Assembly: GCA_039808485.1 (NCBI GenBank)
Contig: JBDHTD010000001.1
Location: 64,116 to 128,115, forward strand
DNA: 64,000 nt
Direction: 5' to 3'
Source of the DNA: Aquamicrobium sp.
GTDB lineage: Bacteria > Pseudomonadota > Alphaproteobacteria > Rhizobiales > Rhizobiaceae
The first letter of the stretch is position 1, and every line of letters begins with the position of its first letter. Below the pieces are notes generated by a model. That model saw nothing but the letters and a program-made list of their open reading frames with translations. It did not search any database and was not told the origin of the DNA. The translations under genes were made by a program, and so were the position numbers. Shown here piece after piece: positions 34,234-43,508 of the stretch.

Positions 34234-34311
34234 AACGACGCAGTGCCGGGAGCCGCAAATTTTTGACACAGTATCGGTGTTTCTGCTTTCGTCACGCCCG
34301 AACGATCACGG

Positions 34312-34367
34312 ACCGCCGCGCCCGCCGGCGCGGCCAATCATACCGCCGCGCCGGCGCGGCCAGTCAT
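34312..34367 (+). repeat. Imperfect tandem duplication (30 + 26 bp) in the 5' region of the DUF1344 gene
   Basis: ACCGCCGCG(CCCG)CCGGCGCGGCCA(A/G)TCAT twice, ending just before the RBS. Confidence 0.8.
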
Positions 34368-34379
34368 AAGGGAATGCTC

Positions 34380-34646
34380 ATGCGTATCGCGACACGGATG
34401 TTCAGCGCGCTGGTGGTGGCCGCGGGTCTCGCGCTTTCGGCGGGCGCGGCGCTGGCCGCCGACGACGAGGGCACGGTCAAGCGCGTCGACCGCGAGAAGC
34501 TGACGATCACGCTCGACAACGGCAACACCTACAAGCTGTCGGGCGAATTCGACGTCGAGGCGCTCCAGGAAGGCGTCGACGTCGTGCTGGCCTACGACAC
34601 GGTCGGCGGCGAAAAGCTCGTCACCGACCTCGTGATCTACGAATAG
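34380..34646 (+). CDS. DUF1344 domain-containing small exported protein
   Basis: Signal peptide, then EGTVKRVD...ITLDNGNTYKL...GVDVVLAY. RBS AAGGGA upstream. Confidence 0.82.
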   Translation: MRIATRMFSALVVAAGLALSAGAALAADDEGTVKRVDREKLTITLDNGNTYKLSGEFDVEALQEGVDVVLAYDTVGGEKLVTDLVIYE

Positions 34647-34649
34647 GTT

Positions 34650-35240
34650 TCACAGCCATTCGAGCGCGCCGCCGGCCAGCCGCAGGATGCGATCCTGCGG
34701 GATGGGCAGCATCACCGCCTCGCCCGGCGGCAGCGCGCCGCAGAGCATGAAGACGGTGCGCAGAACCCCGCCATGGGTGACGCAGACCGTGTCGCCGACG
34801 ACGCCATCCAGCCACGGCCGCACCCGCGCGGCCAGCCGCTCATAGCTTTCCGCCCCCTCGCCCGGCGGCACGAAGCCCCATTTGTCGGCCTGGCGGCGGG
34901 CGAAGCAGCCGGGATCGACCCGTTCCAGCTCGGCGAAGGTGTGGCCCTGCCAGTCGCCGAAATTGACCTCGACCAGGCGCGGGTCGGTGCGGTAGCCGGA
35001 CGCGTCGAGCCCCATGGCGGCGCGCAGCCGCTCCATGGTGTGCCGTGTCCGCAGCATCGGGCTGGAAACGAAATCGAACGCCTCGGGTTCGGGAGTCAGC
35101 GCTGCCAGCGCGCGGCCGTTGGCGCTGGCCTGGGCGCGGCCCTTTTCGTTCAGGTCTGTGTCGGCCTGCCCCTGCAACCGCGCCTCGGCATTCCAGTCCG
35201 TCTCGCCGTGGCGGACGAAATAGACGGTCGGCCCGCTCAT
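34650..35240 (-). CDS. Histidine phosphatase family protein
   Basis: VRHGETDWN, SSPMLRT, GESY, VTHGG. Confidence 0.92.
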   Translation of the reverse strand: MSGPTVYFVRHGETDWNAEARLQGQADTDLNEKGRAQASANGRALAALTPEPEAFDFVSSPMLRTRHTMERLRAAMGLDASGYRTDPRLVEVNFGDWQGHTFAELERVDPGCFARRQADKWGFVPPGEGAESYERLAARVRPWLDGVVGDTVCVTHGGVLRTVFMLCGALPPGEAVMLPIPQDRILRLAGGALEWL

Positions 35241-35250
35241 CTCCCGCCCG

Positions 35251-36069
35251 TCATTCCTTGACGGTGGAGATGTCCGGCGCGTCCACCGCCTTCATGCCGA
35301 CGACGTGATAGCCGGCATCGACATGGTGCACCTCGCCGGTGACGCCGCGCGACAGGTCAGAGAGCAGATAGAGGCCGGAGCCGCCGACTTCCTCGATGGA
35401 GACCGTCTTCTTCAGCGGCGCGTTGTACTCGTTCCACTTGAGGATATAGCGGAAGTCGCCGATGCCGGAAGCGGCCAGCGTCTTGATCGGGCCGGCGGAG
35501 ATGGCGTTGACGCGGATGCCCTTCGCCCCCAGGTCGACCGCGAGATAGCGCACGCTTGCTTCCAGCGCCGCCTTGGCCACGCCCATGACGTTGTAGTGCG
35601 GCATCACCTTCTCGGCGCCGTAATAGGTCAGCGTCAACAGCGAGGCGTTGTGGCTGAGCAGCGGCTCGGCGCGCTTGGCCACCGCCGTGAACGAATAGAC
35701 GGAAATGTCCATCGTGCGCAGGAAATTGTCGCGCGTGGTGTCGACATAGCGGCCGTCGAGCTCGTCCTTGTCGGAAAAGGCGATGGCGTGGACGAGGAAG
35801 TCGAGCTTGCCCCACCTCTTCTCCAGCCCGTCGAACACGGCGTCGACGCTTTGCATGTCGGTGACGTCGCAATCGCCGGCGACATGGGCGCCGAGCTCGG
35901 CGGCCAGCGGCTCGACGCGCTTGCGGAAGGCGTCGCCCTGATAGGTCAGCGCCAGCTCTGCGCCCTGATCCGCGCAGGCCTTGGCGATGCCCCAGGCGAT
36001 CGACCTGTTGTTGGCGACGCCCATGATGAGGCCGCGCTTGCCCGCGAGAAGACCGTTTCCTGCCGCCAT
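35251..36069 (-). CDS. fabI: Enoyl-ACP reductase
   Basis: GVANNRSIAWGI, HAIAFS, YNVMGVAKAALE, ISAGPIKTLAA. Start ATG 36069. Confidence 0.96.
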   Translation of the reverse strand: MAAGNGLLAGKRGLIMGVANNRSIAWGIAKACADQGAELALTYQGDAFRKRVEPLAAELGAHVAGDCDVTDMQSVDAVFDGLEKRWGKLDFLVHAIAFSDKDELDGRYVDTTRDNFLRTMDISVYSFTAVAKRAEPLLSHNASLLTLTYYGAEKVMPHYNVMGVAKAALEASVRYLAVDLGAKGIRVNAISAGPIKTLAASGIGDFRYILKWNEYNAPLKKTVSIEEVGGSGLYLLSDLSRGVTGEVHHVDAGYHVVGMKAVDAPDISTVKE

Positions 36070-36145
36070 GTGAGGTCGCTCCGCAATCATCCTTGTCCGT
36101 CTGCCGTATCGCACAAGCGGTTTGCGGCTTCAAGGCGGCATGGAC

Positions 36146-37099
36146 TCAGTCGCCGGCGGCGCGTTCCCCGCGCATCAGCGCCTCGAGCGCGGCGTCCCGC
36201 TCTTCCGGCAGCATGATGCGGACATGGGCATAGAGGTCGCCATGACCGCCGGACTTCGCCGGCAGGCCCTTGCCCTTCAGCCGCAGCTTGCGGTCGGAGC
36301 TCGACCAGGGGGGAATGGCGACGGCAAGCCGCCCCGACGGCGTCTCGACCGCGACCTTGGCGCCGAGCACGGCGTCGGCGAGCGGAACCGGCACGTCGAC
36401 ATGAAGGTCGCGCCCCTCGACCCGATAGAGCGAGTGCGGCCGGAACCGGACCTTGACCAGCGCGTCGCCCGGCTGGCCGCCATAGGGCGAGGGCTGGCCC
36501 TGGCCCTTCAGGCGGATCGTCTGGCCGTCCTCGACGGAGGCCGGAAGCTTAATGCCGACCTTGCGCCCGCCGGGAAACAGTGCCGTGACCTTGTCGGCGC
36601 GCGCGGCTTCCTCGATGCTGACGTCGAGCACGACATTGATGTCGGCCCCCGCCGGCGCGCCGGAGCGGCCGCGGCCTCCACCCATGCCGGGATTGGGGCC
36701 GCGGCGGGCGGCCTGGCCGAACAGCTCGCTGAAGATGTCGCCCGCGTCGAAGCCCTCGCCGCCGGGGCCGGAGCTGCGGAACTCGAAATGCGCGCCGCCC
36801 GGCCCGGCATTGCCGGCGCCGCGCCGGAACGCGGCGAAGGGGTCGCCACCTGCCCCGCCCTCGAAGCCGGCGAATCGCGGCTTGCCGGCGGCGTCGATCT
36901 CGCCGCGGTCGAACTGGCCGCGCTTGTCGTCGTCGCCGACGATCTCGTAGGCCTGGTTGACCTCGGCGAAGCGGTCCTTCGCCTTGGGGTCCGGGTTCTG
37001 GTCGGGGTGGTATTTCTTCGCGAGCTTGCGGAACGCAGACTTGATGTCCTTCGCCGATGCGTTCTTCGCAACGCCCAAAACGTCATAGGGATCGCGCAT
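36146..37099 (-). CDS. DnaJ-class co-chaperone (CbpA-like, no zinc finger)
   Basis: J domain with HPD (KYHPDQN), G/F-rich linker and DnaJ C-terminal domain. Confidence 0.92.
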   Translation of the reverse strand: MRDPYDVLGVAKNASAKDIKSAFRKLAKKYHPDQNPDPKAKDRFAEVNQAYEIVGDDDKRGQFDRGEIDAAGKPRFAGFEGGAGGDPFAAFRRGAGNAGPGGAHFEFRSSGPGGEGFDAGDIFSELFGQAARRGPNPGMGGGRGRSGAPAGADINVVLDVSIEEAARADKVTALFPGGRKVGIKLPASVEDGQTIRLKGQGQPSPYGGQPGDALVKVRFRPHSLYRVEGRDLHVDVPVPLADAVLGAKVAVETPSGRLAVAIPPWSSSDRKLRLKGKGLPAKSGGHGDLYAHVRIMLPEERDAALEALMRGERAAGD

Positions 37100-37182
37100 C
37101 TGTGCTGCCTGCCGGAAAGGGGTTTCGAGGATGTCGCTTCCTATATGCGTCGCCCTAGGAAGAAATTCCAGTATCGCGATGC

Positions 37183-37647
37183 TCAATCGACGCGGTCGAA
37201 GGCGGTCATGGTCCAGATTCTCGCCGCGCCGAGGCAGGTCTCGCCGCGATAGAGATGCACGCCGCCGAAGCTCTCGCGCGATGCGGTGAAGCGGCGGCAC
37301 AGCCGGCTGCCGTCCCTGCGCTCGCTGATCTGGCGCACCGCGCCGCGCGAGCCGGTGGCGGCGTTGGCCCAGCCAATGCCGTCCGCGCCGATCTCGTCGA
37401 CGATCGCCGAGGAAACCGCGTTGCGGATCGTGTCCTCGTCGGAGGCGGCGGGGCTGCCGACGGCTCCCCCGGCCGGCTCGATCTGCGTCCGGCCGATGGA
37501 GCCCGTCACCGCCGAGCGGTCGGGAACGGCGCCCTCGAGCGAGAAGCCGGCCGTTCCGCAAGCGGCGAGCGGCAACGCGGCGGCAAGGCCGAGCCACAAC
37601 AAAACCCGCCTGTTCCAGTCGGCAAAAGCTTGCGTCCGGCGCCCCAA
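37183..37647 (-). CDS. RT0821/Lpp0805-like surface lipoprotein
   Basis: Lipobox [14 protein letters not shown] and CRRF...C motifs. Start uncertain. Confidence 0.72.
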   Translation of the reverse strand: MGRRTQAFADWNRRVLLWLGLAAALPLAACGTAGFSLEGAVPDRSAVTGSIGRTQIEPAGGAVGSPAASDEDTIRNAVSSAIVDEIGADGIGWANAATGSRGAVRQISERRDGSRLCRRFTASRESFGGVHLYRGETCLGAARIWTMTAFDRVD

Positions 37648-37690
37648 TCGGCAATCTCCCGTCGATCAAACGGCATGCAAGGGGTCGAAG

Positions 37691-38305
37691 ATGACGGATT
37701 CAGGGTTAACAGACGGTGACTTCACCGAAAGCGGCGAACCCTACGCGCTGTTCGCGCGCTGGATGGAGGACGCACGCGCCTCGGAGCCGAACGATCCGAA
37801 CGCGGTGGCGCTGGCCACCGTCGACGGCGACGGCATGCCCAATGTCCGCATGGTGCTGCTCAAGGATTTCGACGCGCACGGCTTCGTCTTCTACACCAAT
37901 TACGAGAGCGCCAAGGGCCGCGAGGTGCTGGGCGCGATGAAGGCGGCGATGTGCTTCCACTGGAAGAGCCTGCGTCGGCAGGTGCGCGTGCGCGGCCCGG
38001 TCGAGACGGTGAGCGATGCGGAAGCCGACGCCTATTTCGCCTCGCGTCCGCGCGGCAGCCGCATCGGCGCCTGGGCCTCGAAGCAGTCGCGGCCGCTCGA
38101 AAGCCGCTTCGCGCTCGAAAAGGCGGTGGCCGAGCAAACCGCCCGCCACGCCATCGGCGACATCCCGCGCCCGCCCTACTGGTCGGGCTTCCGGATCAGG
38201 CCGGTGTCGATCGAGTTCTGGCACGACCGCCCCTTCCGCCTGCACGACCGCGTGGTGTTCAAGGCCGACGGCGACGGCTGGCAAAAGACGCGGCTCTATC
38301 CGTGA
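37691..38305 (+). CDS. pdxH: Pyridoxamine 5'-phosphate oxidase
   Basis: [50 protein letters not shown]. Confidence 0.96.
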   Translation: MTDSGLTDGDFTESGEPYALFARWMEDARASEPNDPNAVALATVDGDGMPNVRMVLLKDFDAHGFVFYTNYESAKGREVLGAMKAAMCFHWKSLRRQVRVRGPVETVSDAEADAYFASRPRGSRIGAWASKQSRPLESRFALEKAVAEQTARHAIGDIPRPPYWSGFRIRPVSIEFWHDRPFRLHDRVVFKADGDGWQKTRLYP

Positions 38306-38312
38306 GGGGGCG

Positions 38313-38762
38313 ATGAGCGGGATCGAGGCCAGGGCGCGGGCGCTGTTCGAGATGTACAGCCGGCGCAGCAACGAAGCGCTGCACGATCCCGCCGGCGCCG
38401 ACGTCGACGCGCTCGCTGCCGCCTTCGCCGGCCATTTCGTCGGCGCGAGCCCGAGGGGCGTGATGGGCGGGGCGAAGGACGACGCTTTCGCCGCGATCAT
38501 GCGGCGGGGTTTCGAAAATTATCGCGCCATGGGCGGCACCCGCTTCGAGATCGTCGCCCTCGAGGTCGAGGCGCTGGACGACTTCCACGCCATGGTGCGG
38601 GCCGACTGGGAATTCGACTATCTGCGCCCGAGCGACGGCGGGACGGGCACCGTCGCCTTCCGCAACATCTATCTCGTCAATTTCGCCGGCGGCGAGCCGC
38701 GGATCTTCGCCTGGATCACGCCCGACGAGGCGCAGGCGATGAAGGACCACGGATTGACGTGA
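38313..38762 (+). CDS. NTF2/SnoaL-like fold hypothetical protein
   Basis: 149 aa alpha+beta pattern (RRGFENYRAMG, VRADWEFDY, NIYLV, PRIFAWIT). RBS GAGGGG overlaps the pdxH stop. Confidence 0.68.
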   Translation: MSGIEARARALFEMYSRRSNEALHDPAGADVDALAAAFAGHFVGASPRGVMGGAKDDAFAAIMRRGFENYRAMGGTRFEIVALEVEALDDFHAMVRADWEFDYLRPSDGGTGTVAFRNIYLVNFAGGEPRIFAWITPDEAQAMKDHGLT

Positions 38763-38769
38763 CCGCTCC

Positions 38770-39522
38770 TCACCCCTTCTTGCGGTTCATGAAGGCGACG
38801 AAGGCGTTGCGCGCCTCGTCCGATTTCAGGCGGGCGGCGAACTGCCGGCCTTCCTCCTCGATGCGGGCGACGAGCGCGGCGCGGTCGCCGAGCATCAGGT
38901 CGCGGGCGATCTTCAGCGCCTGCGGCGGCTTCTGCGCGATCCTGCGCGCGGCGGCCAGCGCCGCGGCCTCCACCTCGCCCTCGGGCGCCACGTCGTAGAT
39001 CATGCCGGCGGCCTTGGCCCGCTCGGCCGAGAAGCCTTCGCCCAGCCCGAGCAGCGCGAATGCCCGCTGGCGGCCGAGCAGCGCCGGGCCGAGCAGGCTC
39101 GACCCCGCCTCGGGCACCAGGCCGAGATCGACGAACGGGGTGCGGAACTCGGTGCGCGGGGTGGCGAGCGTCAGGTCGCAATGCAGGATCATCGTCGTGC
39201 CGATGCCGACCGCGATGCCGTCGACGCCGGAGACGATGGGCTTCTCGGCCTTGGCCAGCGCCATCAGGAAGTCGTAGACCTCGGTGCCGTGCTCGCCGCC
39301 GGTCGCCACCGCCATGAAGTCGGCGAGGTCGTTGCCAGACGAGAACGCGCCTGGCACGCCGAGGATCAGGTGGACGCGCATCGTCTCGTCGGCATCGCCT
39401 TCCGTCAGCGCCTTCGCCATCGCCGCATACATCGCGCGGGTGATGGCGTTCTTCTTGTCCGGCCGGTTCATGCGCACGATCTGCACCGCGCCGTCGCGGG
39501 AAACCTCGATATGCTCGCTCAT
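38770..39522 (-). CDS. Enoyl-CoA hydratase/isomerase (crotonase family)
   Basis: NRPDKKNAIT, FSSGNDL, AVGIGTT, PFVDLGLVPEAGSS. Confidence 0.92.
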   Translation of the reverse strand: MSEHIEVSRDGAVQIVRMNRPDKKNAITRAMYAAMAKALTEGDADETMRVHLILGVPGAFSSGNDLADFMAVATGGEHGTEVYDFLMALAKAEKPIVSGVDGIAVGIGTTMILHCDLTLATPRTEFRTPFVDLGLVPEAGSSLLGPALLGRQRAFALLGLGEGFSAERAKAAGMIYDVAPEGEVEAAALAAARRIAQKPPQALKIARDLMLGDRAALVARIEEEGRQFAARLKSDEARNAFVAFMNRKKG

Positions 39523-39534
39523 CGCCCGTCCCCC

Positions 39535-41307
39535 TTACAGCGCCAGCGCCGCGGCGGCGGCATCGAGGCTGTCCGCCCCTTCGATCACCCGGTTCCTCAA
39601 CGCGGCCGTTTCGTCGATCAGGTTCTCGGCGAAGAATCGGGCGAGCGCGACGCGGGCCTTGTCCTCGCCCGCCAGCGCGCCGCGAATGAGATAGGCCCCG
39701 CCCGCCGCCAGCGAGAACAGCCTGAGATAAGGCGTCGCCCCGGCCAGCGCCTCCCCGGTCCGGCCGTCGCCGAGCGCGGCGAGGAGATGATCGGTCGCGG
39801 CCCGGAGATCGTCGAGTGCGGCCGAAACCTTGTCGGCGGCGCGGCCGAAACCCTCGGCATTCGAGTTGCGCAGCGCCTCGACGTCGCCGCGCAGCTCGCC
39901 GATATAGGCGTTGACCGCCCCGCCGCCCGACAGCGGCAGCTTGCGGGTGACGAGGTCGATGGCCTGGATGCCGTTGGTGCCCTCATAGATCGGGGCGATG
40001 CGGGCATCGCGATAGAGCGCGGCCGCGCCCGTCTCCTCGATGAAGCCCATGCCGCCATGGACCTGGACGCCGATGGAGGCGACCTCGACGCCGATGTCGG
40101 TGGGGAACGCCTTGGCGAGCGGGGTCAGCAGGCCGGCGCGCTCGCCCCATCGGGCCGCGTCGTCGCCGCCCGCCCGGCTCATGTCGATGGCGTGGGCGCA
40201 GGCATAGGCGATGGCGCGGGCGGCCTGGGTCAGCGCCTTCATGGTCAACAGGTTGCGCTTGACGTCGGGGTGGTGGACGATGGGCGCCATGCCCTCGCCG
40301 GCATAGTCGGCCGCCTTGCCCTGGCGGCGCTCCTGCGCGTAGGCCAGCGCCTTCTGGTAGGCGGCCTCGGCGACTGCGACGCCCTGCATGCCGACGGCGA
40401 GGCGGGCATTGTTCATCATGGTGAACATGCAGGCGAGGCCGCGATTTTCTTCGCCGATCAGCCAGCCGACCGCGCCCGGCTCCCTGCCCTTCACCGAGCC
40501 GTCGCCATAGATCATGGTGCAGGTCGGCGAGGCGTGGATGCCGAGCTTGTGCTCGATGGAGGCGCAGAAGGCGTCGTTGCGCGCGCCGAGCGAGCCGTCG
40601 GCGTCGACGAGGAATTTCGGCACCAGGAACAGCGAGATGCCGCGCGTGCCGGCCGGCGCGTCGGGCAGGCGGGCGAGCACCAGATGGACGATGTTGTCGG
40701 TGAAATCGTGCTCGCCATAGGTGATGAAGATCTTCTGGCCGAAGATGCGGTAGGTGCCGTCGCCGGCCGGCTCGGCGCGGGTACGCAAGGCGGCGAGGTC
40801 GGAGCCGGCCTGCGGCTCGGTCAGGTTCATGGTGCCCATCCACTCGCCGGTGACGAGCTTTTCGAGATAGGTCGCCTTCAGCGCGTCCGAGCCGTGCTTC
40901 TCCAGCGCCTCGACCGCGCCCATGGTCAGCGTCGGGCCGAGCGCGAAGGCCATCGAGCCCGAATTCCACATCTCCAGCGCCGCCACCGACAGCATCGTCG
41001 GCAGGCCCTGCCCGCCATGGTCGACCGGGCCGGCGAGCGCGTTCCAGCCGCCGTCGATCCAGCGGCGATAGAGGTCGCGCCAGCCGGGCGGCATGGTGAC
41101 GTCGCCGTCCTTCCACACCGCGCCGACCTCGTCGCCGGCTTTCCGCAGCGGCGTCACCTCGTCGGTGGCGAAGCGGCCGGCTTCCTCGAGGATGGCGTCG
41201 ACCAGGTCTTCCGTGAGGTCGCCGAGCTTGCCCGTGTCGAGCGCGGCGGAAAGCCCGGCGACATGCTTCAGCGTATGGGCGATCTCGGCAACGGGGGCGC
41301 GGTACAT
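39535..41307 (-). CDS. Acyl-CoA dehydrogenase
   Basis: GTMNLTEPQAGSDL, GQKIFIT, EHKLGIHASPT, GGMGFIEE, IYEGTNGIQA. Confidence 0.94.
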   Translation of the reverse strand: MYRAPVAEIAHTLKHVAGLSAALDTGKLGDLTEDLVDAILEEAGRFATDEVTPLRKAGDEVGAVWKDGDVTMPPGWRDLYRRWIDGGWNALAGPVDHGGQGLPTMLSVAALEMWNSGSMAFALGPTLTMGAVEALEKHGSDALKATYLEKLVTGEWMGTMNLTEPQAGSDLAALRTRAEPAGDGTYRIFGQKIFITYGEHDFTDNIVHLVLARLPDAPAGTRGISLFLVPKFLVDADGSLGARNDAFCASIEHKLGIHASPTCTMIYGDGSVKGREPGAVGWLIGEENRGLACMFTMMNNARLAVGMQGVAVAEAAYQKALAYAQERRQGKAADYAGEGMAPIVHHPDVKRNLLTMKALTQAARAIAYACAHAIDMSRAGGDDAARWGERAGLLTPLAKAFPTDIGVEVASIGVQVHGGMGFIEETGAAALYRDARIAPIYEGTNGIQAIDLVTRKLPLSGGGAVNAYIGELRGDVEALRNSNAEGFGRAADKVSAALDDLRAATDHLLAALGDGRTGEALAGATPYLRLFSLAAGGAYLIRGALAGEDKARVALARFFAENLIDETAALRNRVIEGADSLDAAAAALAL

Positions 41308-41408
41308 CGGGCTTTCTCCTCAGGGCGTGCCGTGGCAGGGGCGAGAGCCTGGCGGAAACGCCCTTCAGGCCCGGCTGGCAGGGTTATTCGGCAACAGAGC
41401 TATTTTCT

Positions 41409-41426
41409 TTTGACGTAAACGTCAAA
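41409..41426. promoter_or_regulatory. Perfect palindromic operator, LiuR-like
   Basis: TTTGACGT-AA-ACGTCAAA upstream of the acyl-CoA dehydrogenase/hydratase pair. Resembles the LiuR consensus TTTACGTwwACGTAAA. Confidence 0.65.
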
Positions 41427-41429
41427 CAC

Positions 41430-41480
41430 TTACCTGCGCTCGCGCGCGACGGCCTCTCATCCGCGCTCGCGCGCGACCGC
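41430..41480 (-). repeat. 27-bp-period duplication of the purD 3' end including the stop
   Basis: GCG GTC GCG CGC GAG CGC GGA TGA (41480-41457), then GAG, then GCC GTC GCG CGC GAG CGC AGG TAA (41453-41430). 20 of 24 positions identical. Confidence 0.85.
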
Positions 41481-42737
41481 GCGCCAGCCGATGTCGCGGC
41501 GGCAGAAGCCCTGCGGCCAGTCGATCCGGTCTATCGCCGCATAGGCGCGGGCCTGCGCCTCGCCCACGCTTTCGCCCGTCGCCGTGACGCAGAGCACCCG
41601 GCCGCCGGCGGCGACGAGCCGCCCCGCGGCGTCGCGCGCGGTTCCGGCATGGAAAATGACCACGCCCTCGCCTTCGGCCGCATCCTCGAGGCCGGAAATG
41701 ACGCTGCCCCTTTCCGGCGTGCCGGGGTAGCCTTTGGCCGCCATCACCACGGTCAGCGCCGTGTCGTCGCGCCAGCGCGGCGAGAATTCCGCCAGCCTTC
41801 CCTCTGCCGAGGCAAGCAGCAGCGGCAGCAGGTCGTCTTCCAGCCGCGGCATCAGCACCTGGCATTCGGGATCGCCGAAACGGACATTGTACTCGATCAG
41901 CTTCGGCCCGTCCCCGGTCAGCATCAGGCCGGCATAGAGCACCCCGGAGAACGGCGCGCCCATCTCGGCCATGCCGCGCATGGTCGGCTCGATGATCTCG
42001 GCGATGACGCGCGCTTCCAGCGCCGGCGTCAGCACCGGGGCGGGCGAATAGGCGCCCATGCCGCCGGTGTTGGGGCCGGTGTCATTATCGCCGACGCGCT
42101 TGTGGTCCTGCGCGGTGCCGAAGGGGAGCGCGGTCTTCCCGTCGCAGAGGAAGAAGAAGCTCGCCTCCTCGCCGTCGAGGAATTCCTCGACCACGACTTC
42201 CGCGCCGGCCGCACCGAACGCGCCGTCGAAACAGGCATCGATGGCGTCGAGCGCCTCGCCGAGCTCCATCGCCACCGTCACGCCCTTGCCGGCGGCCAGC
42301 CCGTCGGCCTTGACGACGATCGGCGCGCCGACCTTTTCCGCGTAGGCGCGGGCTTCCGCCGCATTGTCGAAGCGGCCGTAGGCGGCGGTGGGGATGCCAT
42401 GGCGCGCGCAAAGGTCCTTGGTGAAACCTTTCGAGCCCTCGAGTTGCGCCGCTTTCGCCGAGGGGCCGAAGACGCGGATGCCGGCGGCATGGAGATCGTC
42501 GGCGAGCCCCGCGACCAGCGGCGCTTCCGGCCCGACGACGACGAGGCCGATCTCCTTATCCCTGGCGAAGGCGACGACGGCTTCATGATCGGCGACGTCG
42601 AGCGCGACGCATTCGGCGTGGCTCGCGATGCCCGGATTGCCGGGCGCGGCATAGAGCTTCGCCAGCAGCGGCGAGGCCGAAATCTTCCACGCCAGCGCGT
42701 GCTCGCGCCCGCCCGAACCGATCAGGAGTACGTTCAT
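41457..42737 (-). CDS. purD: Phosphoribosylamine-glycine ligase
   Basis: [51 protein letters not shown]. Confidence 0.97.
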   Translation of the reverse strand: MNVLLIGSGGREHALAWKISASPLLAKLYAAPGNPGIASHAECVALDVADHEAVVAFARDKEIGLVVVGPEAPLVAGLADDLHAAGIRVFGPSAKAAQLEGSKGFTKDLCARHGIPTAAYGRFDNAAEARAYAEKVGAPIVVKADGLAAGKGVTVAMELGEALDAIDACFDGAFGAAGAEVVVEEFLDGEEASFFFLCDGKTALPFGTAQDHKRVGDNDTGPNTGGMGAYSPAPVLTPALEARVIAEIIEPTMRGMAEMGAPFSGVLYAGLMLTGDGPKLIEYNVRFGDPECQVLMPRLEDDLLPLLLASAEGRLAEFSPRWRDDTALTVVMAAKGYPGTPERGSVISGLEDAAEGEGVVIFHAGTARDAAGRLVAAGGRVLCVTATGESVGEAQARAYAAIDRIDWPQGFCRRDIGWRAVARERG

Positions 42738-42882
42738 CGCGGCGATTCCTTAGCCTCTCGCATTGGTCCCGTTCCCGGTAGGGCCATGGGACCGAACGGT
42801 CAAGAACCGCGTCGATCCATTGCCTTCCTGCATCAAATATGACATCATTCGATGCCATACTGAGCATATCGAAGAAGCACCC

Positions 42883-43071
42883 ATGCGAACGACTTTGTCG
42901 CTCGACGAGGAGTTGATGGCACAGGCGCAGGCCTTCACCGGCCTGAAGGAGAAATCGGCGCTGGTGCGGGAGGCGCTGAAGGCGCTGATCGAGCGGGAAA
43001 GCGCCCGGCGCCTGGCCAGGCTCGGCGGCAGCGAGCCGCAGATCGAGCCGATCCCGCGCCGCCGCCCATGA
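42883..43071 (+). CDS. vapB: Type II antitoxin, VapB family
   Basis: 62 aa MRTTLSLDEEL...SALVREALKALIERE, ribbon-helix-helix-like. Lies 4 nt upstream of a PIN gene. Confidence 0.85.
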   Translation: MRTTLSLDEELMAQAQAFTGLKEKSALVREALKALIERESARRLARLGGSEPQIEPIPRRRP

Positions 43072-43075
43072 TGCC

Positions 43076-43444
43076 ATGATCCTGGTCGACACCCCGGTCT
43101 GGATCGACCATCTGCGCGCGGGCGATCTCGACCTCGCCCACCTGCTCGAAACCGGGCTGGCCGTAACGCATCCGCTGGTGGTGGGCGAGTTGGCGATGGG
43201 AAACCTGCGCGCCCGCGACACGGTGCTCGGCCTGTTGCGGGCATTGCCGCAGGCGGTGGTCGCATCCGACGACGAGGCTCTCGGCTATGTCGGGCGTCAC
43301 CGGCTTTTCGGCATCGGCATCGGCTATGCCGACGCGCATCTCCTCGCCGGCACCCAGCTCACGGCCGGGGCCAGGCTGTGGACCCGCGACAGCCGGCTGC
43401 GGGCGGCCGCTCACCGCCTCGGCATCGATTCGGGGCGGGATTGA
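43076..43444 (+). CDS. vapC: Type II toxin, VapC PIN-domain ribonuclease
   Basis: MILVDT start with the PIN acidic set in VDT, GEL, YADAHL and TRD. Confidence 0.88.
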   Translation: MILVDTPVWIDHLRAGDLDLAHLLETGLAVTHPLVVGELAMGNLRARDTVLGLLRALPQAVVASDDEALGYVGRHRLFGIGIGYADAHLLAGTQLTAGARLWTRDSRLRAAAHRLGIDSGRD

Positions 43445-43508
43445 CTGGCGGCGGGAGCCGGCAATCTCCCGCTTGACGCCCGCCGCCCGCCCTGCCACTC
43501 AAAGCGCC

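Noticed and set aside
34263-34291. Perfect TTGACA -35 hexamer upstream of the DUF1344 gene
   Set aside because: No credible -10 element at 16-18 nt spacing, so no promoter was called.
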